Shown piece after piece: positions 1 to 9,024 of a DNA stretch of 64,000 bases. The stretch is taken from the NCBI GenBank assembly GCA_016209015.1, contig JACQWY010000025.1, forward strand, positions 3,747-67,746, given 5' to 3'. The notes beneath the pieces are model-generated. The model saw only the letters and a program-made list of their open reading frames with translations. It had not been told where the DNA came from and ran no database searches. The stretch is from Gammaproteobacteria bacterium. GTDB lineage: Bacteria > Pseudomonadota > Gammaproteobacteria > Ga0077536. A program made the translations under genes and the position numbers. The stretch's first letter is position 1; the number at the start of each line of letters is the position of its first letter.

Positions 1-223
1 CCCGTGCGCGAGGCTCACGATGATCGGTGCCGAGGATGCGGACGACGCCGGCATCGATGCCCTGCAGATCGAGCAGGCAGCGGAAGAGCGTGGACTTGCC
101 CGCGCCGTTCACGCCGATGAGCGCGGTGCTCGCGCCGATGTCGAGGGTCAGCGAGACGGCGTCGAGCGCGAGCGCGCGGCCGTAGCGTTTCGTGAGATCG
201 CGGACCTCGAGCGCGGCGTTCAT
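1..223 (-). CDS. ABC transporter ATP-binding protein (PilH-like), N-terminal part; runs off the window
   Basis: Hand translation (absent from ORF track): MNAALEVRDLTKRYGRALALDAVSLTLDIGASTALIGVNGAGKSTLFRCLLDL, Walker A GVNGAGKST. Confidence 0.9.
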   Translation of the reverse strand, partial: MNAALEVRDLTKRYGRALALDAVSLTLDIGASTALIGVNGAGKSTLFRCLLDLQGIDAGVVRILGTDHREPRAR

Positions 224-254
224 CGCCGGGCGATCGTCGTGCGTCGTGGCGCCC

Positions 255-974
255 TCAGTAGAGGTAGACGGCGTTGCAGAGTTGCTCGTTCGCGGCGATG
301 TCCCAGATCGGCGGCGTCTTGCTGCTGTCGACGCAGGTCGTGCTCGACATGCCGGCATCGCCCAGCGCTGCGCTCGACGTCGCCGCCTGCCTGAGCACGC
401 CCGTGCCCGGCAGACCGTCGTCGACTTTCACGTCGAGCTCACGCATGACGTTGACCGGGATGCCCTTGCCGAGGACGAGGTTGAGGCGCTCCGCCGGCGG
501 TGTCGATTCATCGGGCCCTGGCAGATAGTCGGTCGTGCGATAGAGGACCATGAGGCCGTTGAAGGCGTTACGCGGCGCCTTGTCCGTGTCGGCCGAGCTC
601 GGCGTGGCCGTGCCGCCCGTGTAGCTGCCCTGAATGAAGCCCGCCTTCGCGAGCTGTTCCCACAGTGCGAGCGGCTCTTCCCACTCCGTCGAGCTCTTGT
701 CGAGCCGGCCGTTGCCGTTGCCGCCGGACGTCACGCCCGGGATGGCCTGGGCGGCGGCATCCTTCGGCCAATCCCCCGGCACCTGCCGGTAGCGATCGAT
801 GAAGCCGTAGTAGGCCGCCTGGATGCCTGAATTCTGATCGGCGATGTTGCGCACGCGCGCGCTCGTGATGAGCTCCTGACCTTTCAGGATGCCGCCGAGC
901 AGGAGGCCGATGATGACGAGGACGATGGCGATTTCGACGAGCGTGAAGCCGCGTTGGGATTGCAGTCGGGACAT
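255..974 (-). CDS. Type IV pilin-like protein, probable major pilin
   Basis: Class III signal QRG/FTLVEIAIVLVIIGLLLGGILKGQELI, C-terminal Cys pair, own sigma54-like promoter. Confidence 0.9.
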   Translation of the reverse strand: MSRLQSQRGFTLVEIAIVLVIIGLLLGGILKGQELITSARVRNIADQNSGIQAAYYGFIDRYRQVPGDWPKDAAAQAIPGVTSGGNGNGRLDKSSTEWEEPLALWEQLAKAGFIQGSYTGGTATPSSADTDKAPRNAFNGLMVLYRTTDYLPGPDESTPPAERLNLVLGKGIPVNVMRELDVKVDDGLPGTGVLRQAATSSAALGDAGMSSTTCVDSSKTPPIWDIAANEQLCNAVYLY

Positions 975-1015
975 GGGGGGCCCCTCTCGGGCGTGTCGTT
1001 GTTTCCGGGAGTCGA

Positions 1016-1030
1016 GCACATTCCATGCCA
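1016..1030 (-). promoter_or_regulatory. Sigma54 -24/-12 promoter of the pilin gene
   Basis: TGGCATGGAATGTGC on the minus strand (GG-N10-GC), about 40 bp upstream of the ATG. Confidence 0.7.
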
Positions 1031-1080
1031 CGAAAAAACGCGGCTTTTGGGGCCCGTCAACGCCGAAATGGGCCGTCAGG

Positions 1081-1116
1081 TGTCGTGATTTCGACGCCGC
1101 TGACGAGAATTCGACA
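1081..1116. promoter_or_regulatory. Tandem enhancer (UAS) boxes, consensus TGTCG-N6-CGACA
   Basis: TGTCGTGATTTCGACG (1081-1096) and TGACGAGAATTCGACA (1101-1116), 20 bp period, upstream of the sigma54 site. Confidence 0.55.
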
Positions 1117-1127
1117 ACACTCCGCGC

Positions 1128-1859
1128 TCAAGGCGACGGCGCCGCGTCCTTGGCCGTCGCCGCTTCGAGCGCCTCGAGCCGCTGCATGAGAAAGTGCCGC
1201 TCGTTCGGATCGGCGAGCCTGCCGCTCGCGAGCAATCCGCCGAGCAGCACCTTCGCAGCCTCGACCTCGCCCATGTCCGCGAGCACGAAGATCCGCATCT
1301 GCCGCGCCCAGTCCGGAACCGCGGGGCCGGTCGCGTAGCGCGCGAGATCCTCGGCATAGCGCAGCGCGAGCGTCTGATCGTGCAGGCGGTGGCGGGCGAC
1401 GAAGACCGCATGCGCGAGCCAGGGCCAGCGGCGATCCGGATCCTCGCGGAATGTGCGGTCGACGAACTCCAGCATCTGCCGCTGCTTCGCCGGCGCCGGG
1501 ACCTCCGCATAGAAGCGGCTCGCGGCGAGCAAGGGGTACTGGCCTTCCGGGTCGAGCGCGAGCAGAAGCGCGAGCCAGTCGATCACCCGGCCGTAATCGA
1601 GCGCGCGCAGCGGCAGGCTGACGCCCGGCTGCGTATCGAACGCCTGCAGCCACAGCATGCCGAGCTTCGCGAAGACCGCCGGCTCGCCGAGCGCGAGCGC
1701 GCGGGCGACGGACTCGGACGGCGGCGCGGGCAGCGCTTCGGCACGCGCTTCCGGCGGCGGCAGGCGCGCATGCCACGCGAGTTGCGCGGCGAGCGCGAGG
1801 CCGAGCAGCGCGAACAGCGGCCGCGGCACGTCATGCCAGGCGCGGGCGCTCGCGCTCAC
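1128..1859 (-). CDS. Membrane-anchored helical-repeat protein (PilG/XapA-like pilus ABC accessory)
   Basis: GTG start overlaps the permease stop; N-terminal TM segment then helical repeat-like region; lies between permease and pilin. Confidence 0.65.
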   Translation of the reverse strand: MSASARAWHDVPRPLFALLGLALAAQLAWHARLPPPEARAEALPAPPSESVARALALGEPAVFAKLGMLWLQAFDTQPGVSLPLRALDYGRVIDWLALLLALDPEGQYPLLAASRFYAEVPAPAKQRQMLEFVDRTFREDPDRRWPWLAHAVFVARHRLHDQTLALRYAEDLARYATGPAVPDWARQMRIFVLADMGEVEAAKVLLGGLLASGRLADPNERHFLMQRLEALEAATAKDAAPSP

Positions 1860-2626
1860 AGATTCCGCCGCTCCAGATCGATCTGCCCGATCGCGACGAG
1901 CAACGCGCAGTAGACGAGCGTCTGCACGGCGACCGTCGCGAGCGCCGCCACGGGCGGACCGTGGACGACCCACGCCGCGGGCGCGAAGCGATCGAGCCCG
2001 GGCAGCACGCAGGCGACGAGGCGCGCCGCTGCGGCACAGAAGCGCGTCGCGGCCGCGCTCTGATCCAGGGTCGCGCCGCCCGCGATGAGCAGGATCGCGG
2101 CCATGGAGCGCGCCGCGAGATAGAAAGCGGTGAACGCGGTGAACGCGGCGACGAGGTGATCGAGCGCGATCGCGAACACGAACGCCGCGGTCACGGCGAT
2201 CAGGAGCTCGCCCGCGAGACCCGCAGCGAACGCCGCGACGCCGCCCGCCTCGCCCCACGCGAGCAGCGGCGGCATGCCGAGCACGAGCGCGCCGAGCGCC
2301 ACGGCCTGGAAGCCCGAGAGCCGGCCCGCGAACCACACCCAGCGTGCGACCGGGCGCGACAACACGAGCTCGAGCGCACCCGTCTCCCGTTCGCGCACGA
2401 CACTCGCACAGACGTGCAGCGCGAGGCTGAAGACGAGCGCGAGCCGGAGGCCCGCGGCATAGAGCATGGCGCGATAGTGCGCGGCTTCGGTCACGGCAAG
2501 CGCGGCGGCGAAGCCGGCGAGCAGGGCGAGCGCGAGCACCGTCAGCAGAGTCTGCGCGAAGAAGCGCGTGCGCCACGCCTCGCGGCAGCTCCAGCGGAGC
2601 AGGCTCAGGTACTGGCGTCGGATCAT
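1856..2626 (-). CDS. ABC transporter permease (PilI-like)
   Basis: About 6 TM segments; RERETGALELVLSRPVAR ABC-2-type motif. Confidence 0.85.
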   Translation of the reverse strand: MIRRQYLSLLRWSCREAWRTRFFAQTLLTVLALALLAGFAAALAVTEAAHYRAMLYAAGLRLALVFSLALHVCASVVRERETGALELVLSRPVARWVWFAGRLSGFQAVALGALVLGMPPLLAWGEAGGVAAFAAGLAGELLIAVTAAFVFAIALDHLVAAFTAFTAFYLAARSMAAILLIAGGATLDQSAAATRFCAAAARLVACVLPGLDRFAPAAWVVHGPPVAALATVAVQTLVYCALLVAIGQIDLERRNL

Positions 2627-2659
2627 CGGGACCTCGTCGTTCGCGTGTTCATCCAGGAT

Positions 2660-2674
2660 GCCAAATCCGGGCCA
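2660..2674 (-). promoter_or_regulatory. Possible sigma54 promoter of the permease operon
   Basis: TGGCCCGGATTTGGC (GG-N10-GC) about 34 bp upstream of the ATG; weak in a GC-rich background. Confidence 0.4.
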
Positions 2675-2729
2675 GGGCGGGAATGACGGCGGTTTGCGCC
2701 CGTACGAACCACCGCAGTTTCGGGGCAGG

Positions 2730-3149
2730 AATTTCGGGGACACGACACCTGATTCCTGTCCCCGAAGTATTAAGGAAGCTCTGAACAAGTTCAGAGCTTT
2801 CTGCGGCACATGGACGTGCCGCCGTGAACAGTGGCGTAAGCCATTGTTCACGTAAGGTCGGTTAGAACCATGCTTCTTGCCGACCGTGCTCTGAAAAGTC
2901 CAGGATGGACTTATTCAGAGCTTCCGGCGGCACAGGGATGTGCCGCCGTGAACAGTGGCGTAAGCCATTGTTCACGTAAGGTTGGCAAGAACCACGCTTC
3001 TTGCCGACCGTGCTCTGAAAAGTCCAGGATGGACTTATTCAGAGCTTCCTTAAACTGTGGCCATCATTCGTGACGCGTGAGTAATTCCGAAAGTTCACCG
3101 GTCGTGAGGCGAGGCCCCGTCCGGAATTAAGTGACGTGTCCCCGAAATT
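2730..3149. repeat. REP-like inverted pair (GGGGACAC family) enclosing the MITE
   Basis: 2730-2756 and 3123-3149 are inverted copies matching at 24/27. Confidence 0.7.
2774..3049. mobile_element. IS5-like MITE with two tandem 124-bp units and TTAA target duplication
   Basis: TTAA-GGAAGCTCTGAACAAG...CTTATTCAGAGCTTCC-TTAA; 124-bp period (2790, 2914, 3038). Confidence 0.85.
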
Positions 3150-3287
3150 ATCCGGGTTTCGGGGACACCTGGCCGATTGTGGAACATCGTCAGGAGCGCG
3201 CGGCCGGGCGCCACGTCAGGCCCGCATGCGGCCGCATCGATTATGATGCCGGCTCCCGGGATGGACTGCAGAGGGAGGTTCACGGCC

Positions 3288-4973
3288 TTGGCTGATTTCT
3301 CGCGCATCCTCGAGCGCAGGAACGAGCATCGGGTCCTCGGCGTGATGCTGCTGCTGCTCTATGCGGCGTTGCGTGCGGACGCCGCGAGCCCGGTTGCCGC
3401 GGCTCTCATGACGAGCCACCTCGGCCTCTTCTTCCTGTGGCAGCCGATCTGGCAGCGCGATCAGAAGCTCGATCGCGGTGCGGCCGCGCTCGTCATACTG
3501 TTCAGCGCGGCGTTCATCGCGCTGCTCGGCTGGGCGCTCGTGTTCGCCTGGCTCATCATGCTCATCGGCATCGTCGCCGGGCGCTCCGTGCAGACGCGGC
3601 GCGAGCGTTACGTCTACCTGCTCACGCTCGCCTTCCTCATCAGCGAGCTCCTGATCGAGTGCGTGCCGCGCTGGCTCGAGGTGCGCACGCTCGCGCCGGG
3701 CGTCGTCGACGCCGTGCGCCTCGGGCTCTTCGCCATCCCCTGCGCGCTGCCGTTCATCCCGGCACCGCCGGGCGGACCGCGTACCACGTTCCCGATCGAC
3801 TTCTTCCGCGGCATCACCGTCGCGCTCATGACCGCGCTGCTCGGCGTGAGCAGCGTGCTCATGACCTACGAGCTCGATCTCGACTATCCGAAGGCGCTGA
3901 TTCTCGGGCTGCTCGCGCTCGGCGGTTTCCTGCTCACGCTCGGCTGGCTGCTGCGGCCGGCGACCGGCAGCGGCCTCGGCGCGCTGTGGGAGAAATCGCT
4001 GATGAACATCGGCACGCCGTTCGAGGCGTGGATCGCGAGCCTCGCCGCGCTCGCCGGCACGCACGAGGATCCGCAGTCCTTCGTCGCGGCCGCCGCACAC
4101 GAGCTCGCGGACACGCCCTGGGTCGCGGGCATCACGGTCGACGCGGGCGCCTGGCAGGCGCACCACGGGCGCGAGACCGCGTGGCCGGCGCGCGTCGAAG
4201 CCGGCGGTCTCGCGGTGACGATCTACGTCGAACGCCAGCCGGGCGCCACACTGCTCGTGCACTGCCGGCTGCTGGTGCAGATCCTCGGCCACTTCTACAC
4301 CGCGAAACGGCGTGAAGCCGAACAGGCGCGCGAAGCGCATCTGAAGGCGATCCACGAGACCGGCGCGCGGCTCACGCACGACATCAAGAATCTCCTGCAG
4401 TCGCTCAAGCTCATGACGACCGCGCTCGAGGAAGAGACGGACGACCCGGCGCGCGAGGCGGAACGGCAGTCCCTGCTCCGCCGCCAGGTGCCGGACATCA
4501 CGCGCCGTCTGCAGCTCGCGCTCGACAAACTGCAGCAGCCCGCGGCCGGCACCGCCGAGGACGTGCCGCTCGCCGACTGGTGGCGCCGTCTCGTCGCGCG
4601 TTACGACGGTCGCGGGATCCGCTTCAGCGCGGACATCGCGGACGATGCGCGCGCCGTGCCGGGCGAATGCCTCGACAGCGTCGTCGAGAACCTGCTCGAC
4701 AACGCGCTCCAGAAGCGCCTGCTCGTGCCGGAGCTCGCGATCGACGTGCTTGCGACGAGTGCCTCCCGACACTTCGCCGTGCAGGTCATCGACGACGGTG
4801 CCGCGATAGCACCCGCGCTCGCCGCCCAGCTCTTCAAGCAATCCGTCACCTCGGCGAGCGGCCTCGGCATCGGCCTCTTCCAGGCCGCACGCCTCGCCGC
4901 GCTCGCGGACTTGAGGCTCGCGCTCGCGGAAAATCGCGACGGACGGGTGGTGTTCGAGCTCGCGGGGGGCTGA
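3288..4973 (+). CDS. Membrane sensor histidine kinase (PrsK-like)
   Basis: Multi-TM N-terminus; H-box LTHDIKN, N-box ENLLDNA, DDG and GLGIGL motifs; GGAGG before the TTG start. Confidence 0.85.
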   Translation: MADFSRILERRNEHRVLGVMLLLLYAALRADAASPVAAALMTSHLGLFFLWQPIWQRDQKLDRGAAALVILFSAAFIALLGWALVFAWLIMLIGIVAGRSVQTRRERYVYLLTLAFLISELLIECVPRWLEVRTLAPGVVDAVRLGLFAIPCALPFIPAPPGGPRTTFPIDFFRGITVALMTALLGVSSVLMTYELDLDYPKALILGLLALGGFLLTLGWLLRPATGSGLGALWEKSLMNIGTPFEAWIASLAALAGTHEDPQSFVAAAAHELADTPWVAGITVDAGAWQAHHGRETAWPARVEAGGLAVTIYVERQPGATLLVHCRLLVQILGHFYTAKRREAEQAREAHLKAIHETGARLTHDIKNLLQSLKLMTTALEEETDDPAREAERQSLLRRQVPDITRRLQLALDKLQQPAAGTAEDVPLADWWRRLVARYDGRGIRFSADIADDARAVPGECLDSVVENLLDNALQKRLLVPELAIDVLATSASRHFAVQVIDDGAAIAPALAAQLFKQSVTSASGLGIGLFQAARLAALADLRLALAENRDGRVVFELAGG

Positions 4974-5105
4974 GCATCGAGCGTCGATGCGGAGCGGACG
5001 TTGGCGTCGTGGCGATCCCGCCATCGCTCTCAGGATTCCACCGAGCCGCCTCATGGGATGCCGTGAAAGAGGTGCTGCCCCTGGAGCCGGAGATCCATCA
5101 GAGCC

Positions 5106-5165
5106 GTCGTCCCGGCGAATGGACCCTCCCGGCCTCCGCCGGGAGGGTCCCTTCGCCGGGACGAC
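5106..5165. repeat. Long near-perfect palindrome (GTCGTCCCGGCG family)
   Basis: 28-bp arms with one mismatch and a 4-nt loop between convergent genes; ends shared with the 31005 element. Confidence 0.75.
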
Positions 5166-5172
5166 AGCGGTC

Positions 5173-5311
5173 ATAGGATGGGTCGACGAAGGAAACCCAC
5201 CATCGAACGTGACGCCGCGGCACGGAGTCCGGGAGTCGCTGATGCGTTTCCTTCGTCAAGGCGTCCTGTGAGGCCGTGCGACGTCGGGCTTCCTTCGTCA
5301 GCCCGACCTAC
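5173..5311. repeat. GTAG/ATAG-type REP cluster
   Basis: Hairpins with a GACGAAGGAA loop at about 5173, 5241 and 5282; related copies at 36242 and 63293-63390. Confidence 0.7.
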
Positions 5312-5317
5312 GGGAGA

Positions 5318-6133
5318 TCACGGCAGCTTTCCGGACAGCACCATGCGATTGTTCAACACCGACGGCGAGAGCCAGATGACGAGATCGTCGAACGCGCAGA
5401 GCGGTGTCGATTCGTTCTCGTCGTCGCTGCAGCCGGCGCCGCCCTTCGTGTAGCCGCGCGCATAGAACACCGCGTCGTCGTCTGTGTTCTCCTGTTCGTC
5501 CGCGGTCGTCGGCGTCGGCAGCGCCACGCCGCCGACGGACGTCGCGCCGTTGCCGTTGCGGCCGTGCGAGAGCACGACGGCCGGCACTTTCGCGGCGGCG
5601 ACGAGGCTCTTCTTGCCTTCCATCGTGCCCGAGGTCGCGGGATTGTCGCCGCGCGTGTCGATGGTGATGTCGCCCTCGGCGCAGAGGTCGAGCTCGAGCA
5701 CCGCCGCGTCGTTGCCGTTGCACAGACCATCGCCGTCCGGGCGCGTGAACTTCGGCGCCGTCACGCGATAGCGGAAACGGTTGCCCCATGCGTCGGCCTG
5801 CGGCGTGCCGAGCTCGGCCCACGGCAGGAAGCCCTCGTTCGTCGCGACACCGCCGCGCAGGCAGATCGCGGTCGAGCGATCGGCGGGATTGTAGACGGGG
5901 TCGGGCATGCCGTCGCCGTCCTGATCCGGACAGGGCAGCCGACCGTGCGTCAGCGCGTAGCCATAGAGCGCTTCGCTCACCTGATTCAGGGTGTCGAGCG
6001 TCTGGCGTCGATCGCGCGCTTCCATCTGCGTCTCGAGCGGCCCGAGCAGGCCCGCGATCACGAGGCCCAGGATGAGCAGCACGATCGACATCTCGATCAG
6101 CGTGAAGCCGCGTCGTCTACGGTGCTCGTGCAT
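5318..6133 (-). CDS. Minor pilin / pseudopilin
   Basis: RRG/FTLIEMSIVLLILGLVIAG; GRLPCPD motif. Confidence 0.9.
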   Translation of the reverse strand: MHEHRRRRGFTLIEMSIVLLILGLVIAGLLGPLETQMEARDRRQTLDTLNQVSEALYGYALTHGRLPCPDQDGDGMPDPVYNPADRSTAICLRGGVATNEGFLPWAELGTPQADAWGNRFRYRVTAPKFTRPDGDGLCNGNDAAVLELDLCAEGDITIDTRGDNPATSGTMEGKKSLVAAAKVPAVVLSHGRNGNGATSVGGVALPTPTTADEQENTDDDAVFYARGYTKGGAGCSDDENESTPLCAFDDLVIWLSPSVLNNRMVLSGKLP

Positions 6134-6149
6134 GGCGTCGTCCCTGGCT

Positions 6150-7955
6150 CTAGTGTCCCGGCGCGAGGACCTGGAGCCGATCGTTGAACGTGCCGGTCGC
6201 CGGCCGCGTCGTGTACTGCGAGTCGCCGTTCGCGTTGTCGTCCTCGAAGTAATCGTCGAGGCTCGCGCTCGGCCGCGCCTGGGTCGCGAGCCGCGCGCCG
6301 GCCGCGACCGCGACGCCCGGCACGTTCTCCACGGTCTCGAGTGCAGCGCCCGGCGCGGTCTGGCGCGTGATCGTGAGACAGGTGCCGGCGAGCGTGCAAT
6401 TCTGTGCGGCGCCGGGCGCATAACCCGCACCGTAAGCGACGGAGACGAGCTGCTGCCAGCGATTCGCGGTGAACCACGCGGGCAGCTCGCCCGGCGAGCG
6501 CGCGCTCGCGGGATCGATCGCGCCGTCGGTATCGATTTCGAGATCCGCGGGTATGGCGTCGAGCGAGAGCGCATCGAGATGATCGCTCGGGCCGAGCGTG
6601 AGGCTCGTCGTGCCGATCTTCGAATTCGGCAGGACCGTATCCGAGACGCGGATCGTCACCGCCATGCCGGCGCCGAGCGTGAGCCCGCCCGCGGCGTCGA
6701 GCACGCGATAACGCAGGGCGCCGGCGCCCGGCGGTTTATGGGCATAGGCGAGCTTCGTGAAGAAGAACTCGTAGTCGCGCTGCACCTGGTAGACGCCGGC
6801 CACGAAGCTGCGCTTGCTCGTGCAGGACAGGATCTCTCCCGCGGACCAGGTGCATTGGCCCTCCGAGAACGGGCCCCATGAGCCCTCGATCGGCCCGGCG
6901 AGCGGCAGGGGCGTGCTCGGCGTCGGATAGAAATTGCAGCTCGAGGCGCGCACGCATTGCGCATCGGGTGGGGACGAACCGCTCGTGACCACCGTACCGG
7001 CACTCGCGATCGCGAAGCCGAAGACGAACGGCGCGGGAAACGAGGAGTTCACGCGCTCGAGCGGCAAGAGACCCGCGCGCGTGCCGACCACACCGTGATA
7101 GCCGGCGGTCGCGGGATTCGCGAACGGCGCGAGCCAGGGATAGGCGTCGTCGCAGCTCGCCGCGAGGGGCGCGGTGCACTGCGGATCGGCGCCGCCTGCG
7201 TCGTCGCCGTCGGGATCGGCGCGATAGCGCTCCAGCGCGCGAGCGACATCCTTCAGCACGCGCTGCTCGACGGCCGCCATCAGCTCGGCGCGGGTGATCG
7301 TGACGACCTCGTCGTCGAACGCGCCGTTCGAGCGCGTCACGAAATGGCTGTCGCCCGTCGTCGCATTGTCGTCCTCGAGATAGTTCTGCGGATTGTAGAG
7401 GCCGGCGATGTCCGCGGGGTCGCGGCTCTGGCCGGCGAGCGCCGCACCCGGCGCGATGACCACCGCGACGACGTCGCCGCCACCGTCGACGACGAGCGTG
7501 CCCGCGGTGTCGCTGTTCAATACACCGCTGCCGTTCGAACGATGATTGTCGGAAACGGCGTACCACAGCGGCGCGCCCGTGCCGTCGGGAAGCGGCGGCA
7601 GGCCGAGCGTGCGCCAGGGCAGGAGGCCGGTTTCGGTCTTCGCGGCGAGCGAGCAGGAATCCGCGCTGCCTACCGGATCGCTCGCGCCCTGGTACGCGTA
7701 ATCGGGACACGGCAGGCGGCCGGGACCCGCACTCGTGCTCGTGCTGTGCTCGGGAAACGTGGCGGCATAGCCGATCAAGGCCTGCTTCGCCGCGGCGAGT
7801 GCACGGTGCGTCGCGGCGTCGTCGCGCAGGCGCGCTTCGAGCCCGGTGTTCAGGGAGCGGACGAGCATGTAGCTCGCGGCGATCACGAGCACGAGGATAG
7901 CGGCGACGGCGGCCACACCCCGTTGCCGGCGCGGCGTCCGGCCGCGCGCGTTCAC
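6150..7955 (-). CDS. Large PilX/GspK-like minor pilin, candidate tip adhesin
   Basis: RQRG/VAAVAAILVLVI (no Glu5); GRLPCPD; Cys-rich; internal repeat. Confidence 0.75.
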   Translation of the reverse strand: MNARGRTPRRQRGVAAVAAILVLVIAASYMLVRSLNTGLEARLRDDAATHRALAAAKQALIGYAATFPEHSTSTSAGPGRLPCPDYAYQGASDPVGSADSCSLAAKTETGLLPWRTLGLPPLPDGTGAPLWYAVSDNHRSNGSGVLNSDTAGTLVVDGGGDVVAVVIAPGAALAGQSRDPADIAGLYNPQNYLEDDNATTGDSHFVTRSNGAFDDEVVTITRAELMAAVEQRVLKDVARALERYRADPDGDDAGGADPQCTAPLAASCDDAYPWLAPFANPATAGYHGVVGTRAGLLPLERVNSSFPAPFVFGFAIASAGTVVTSGSSPPDAQCVRASSCNFYPTPSTPLPLAGPIEGSWGPFSEGQCTWSAGEILSCTSKRSFVAGVYQVQRDYEFFFTKLAYAHKPPGAGALRYRVLDAAGGLTLGAGMAVTIRVSDTVLPNSKIGTTSLTLGPSDHLDALSLDAIPADLEIDTDGAIDPASARSPGELPAWFTANRWQQLVSVAYGAGYAPGAAQNCTLAGTCLTITRQTAPGAALETVENVPGVAVAAGARLATQARPSASLDDYFEDDNANGDSQYTTRPATGTFNDRLQVLAPGH

Positions 7956-8407
7956 GGCTTGGCGCGGCCCGCCCGCGCGCCCTCGTAGGCATCGCGCAGG
8001 CGATCCTGTGCGGGATCCCAGGACTGGCCGGGTTTGACGAGCCGGTGCGGTCCGCCCTCGGGCGCCTGCACGACGACGCCGTCGCGCGTGAGCCGGAGCG
8101 CCGGCCCCGCGCCCGGCACCGCGAGCTCCTCCTGCGGCGTGCCGCGTCCGTTCACCCAGGCCGTGCCGTCGCCGCGCCGGCGCAGCACGTAACCCTCGAC
8201 GCTGACGGCGGCGCCCGTCGCGGCAGGCACTTCGATTTCCTCGGCGCGCTGCGGCTCGACGATTTCCGAGCGCTCCTGCGGCGCGCCGACCCCGGCGCGC
8301 GCGGCATCGAGCGCCGCACGTTCCTCGGCCCGGAAGAACAAGCGCCCGAGCCCGTCGGCGTGCGCGGCGCCGGTGCAGATCAGCAGCAGCATCGCGAGCC
8401 GCTTCAT
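7952..8407 (-). CDS. Secreted pilus accessory protein (PilP-like position)
   Basis: Signal peptide, ADGLGRLFF motif, translationally coupled to neighbours. Confidence 0.65.
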   Translation of the reverse strand: MKRLAMLLLICTGAAHADGLGRLFFRAEERAALDAARAGVGAPQERSEIVEPQRAEEIEVPAATGAAVSVEGYVLRRRGDGTAWVNGRGTPQEELAVPGAGPALRLTRDGVVVQAPEGGPHRLVKPGQSWDPAQDRLRDAYEGARAGRAKP

Positions 8408-9024
8408 GGCTGCAGCCGCCGTTGGCCGCGCAGATCGACCGTATACCAGCGCAGCACGCACTCCGCGTGCAGCTTCGGCCGCGTCGGATCCGTGCTCTTC
8501 ACGCGCTCCTCGCGCAGGAGCTCGCAGCGCGTGACCGAGTAGAGCCCTTTCGCCGCGCGGTCGAGCTCGGCGAAGAGATTCACGAGATCGCCCTCGTGCA
8601 AAAGACCCAGCGCGAGATGCATGTCGCTGCCGTAGACGTTGAACGCGCCGAGCGGCAGCGGCGGCTCCGGCTCGACCACGGCCTGCCTGTCGAGCTTGTA
8701 CTCGAGCTCGGGGATCTTCACGCGCGTGCCCGCGGCGCGCAGCGCTTCGATCCAGTCGAGACGGTGCTCCGCGCCGATGATGCCCCGCTCGCTGAGCTCG
8801 CCGAACGCGGGATAGAACTCGGCGATGAGGCGCGCGTCGTCGTCGACGGAGAGGTACTTCCGGCTCGCGTCGCGGAAGCGGGCATGCGTGGCGCGGTACT
8901 CCGAGGCCATCTGCTTGCCGAAGAAACCGCTCGCGGCGACCATCATCACGGACAGCAGCACGCAGATCGCGAACACGCCGACCGTGCCGCGCAGGACGCC
9001 GAAATCAACCCGCCCTGGCGCCAT
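8404..9024 (-). CDS. PilO/GspM-like alignment protein
   Basis: Single TM, helical segment, LHEGDL motif; operon position. Confidence 0.65.
   Translation of the reverse strand: MAPGRVDFGVLRGTVGVFAICVLLSVMMVAASGFFGKQMASEYRATHARFRDASRKYLSVDDDARLIAEFYPAFGELSERGIIGAEHRLDWIEALRAAGTRVKIPELEYKLDRQAVVEPEPPLPLGAFNVYGSDMHLALGLLHEGDLVNLFAELDRAAKGLYSVTRCELLREERVKSTDPTRPKLHAECVLRWYTVDLRGQRRLQP

Noticed and set aside
2790-3049. CRISPR array
   Set aside because: Units are near-identical 124-bp tandem copies without unique spacers, and there are no cas genes; TIR and TSD indicate a MITE
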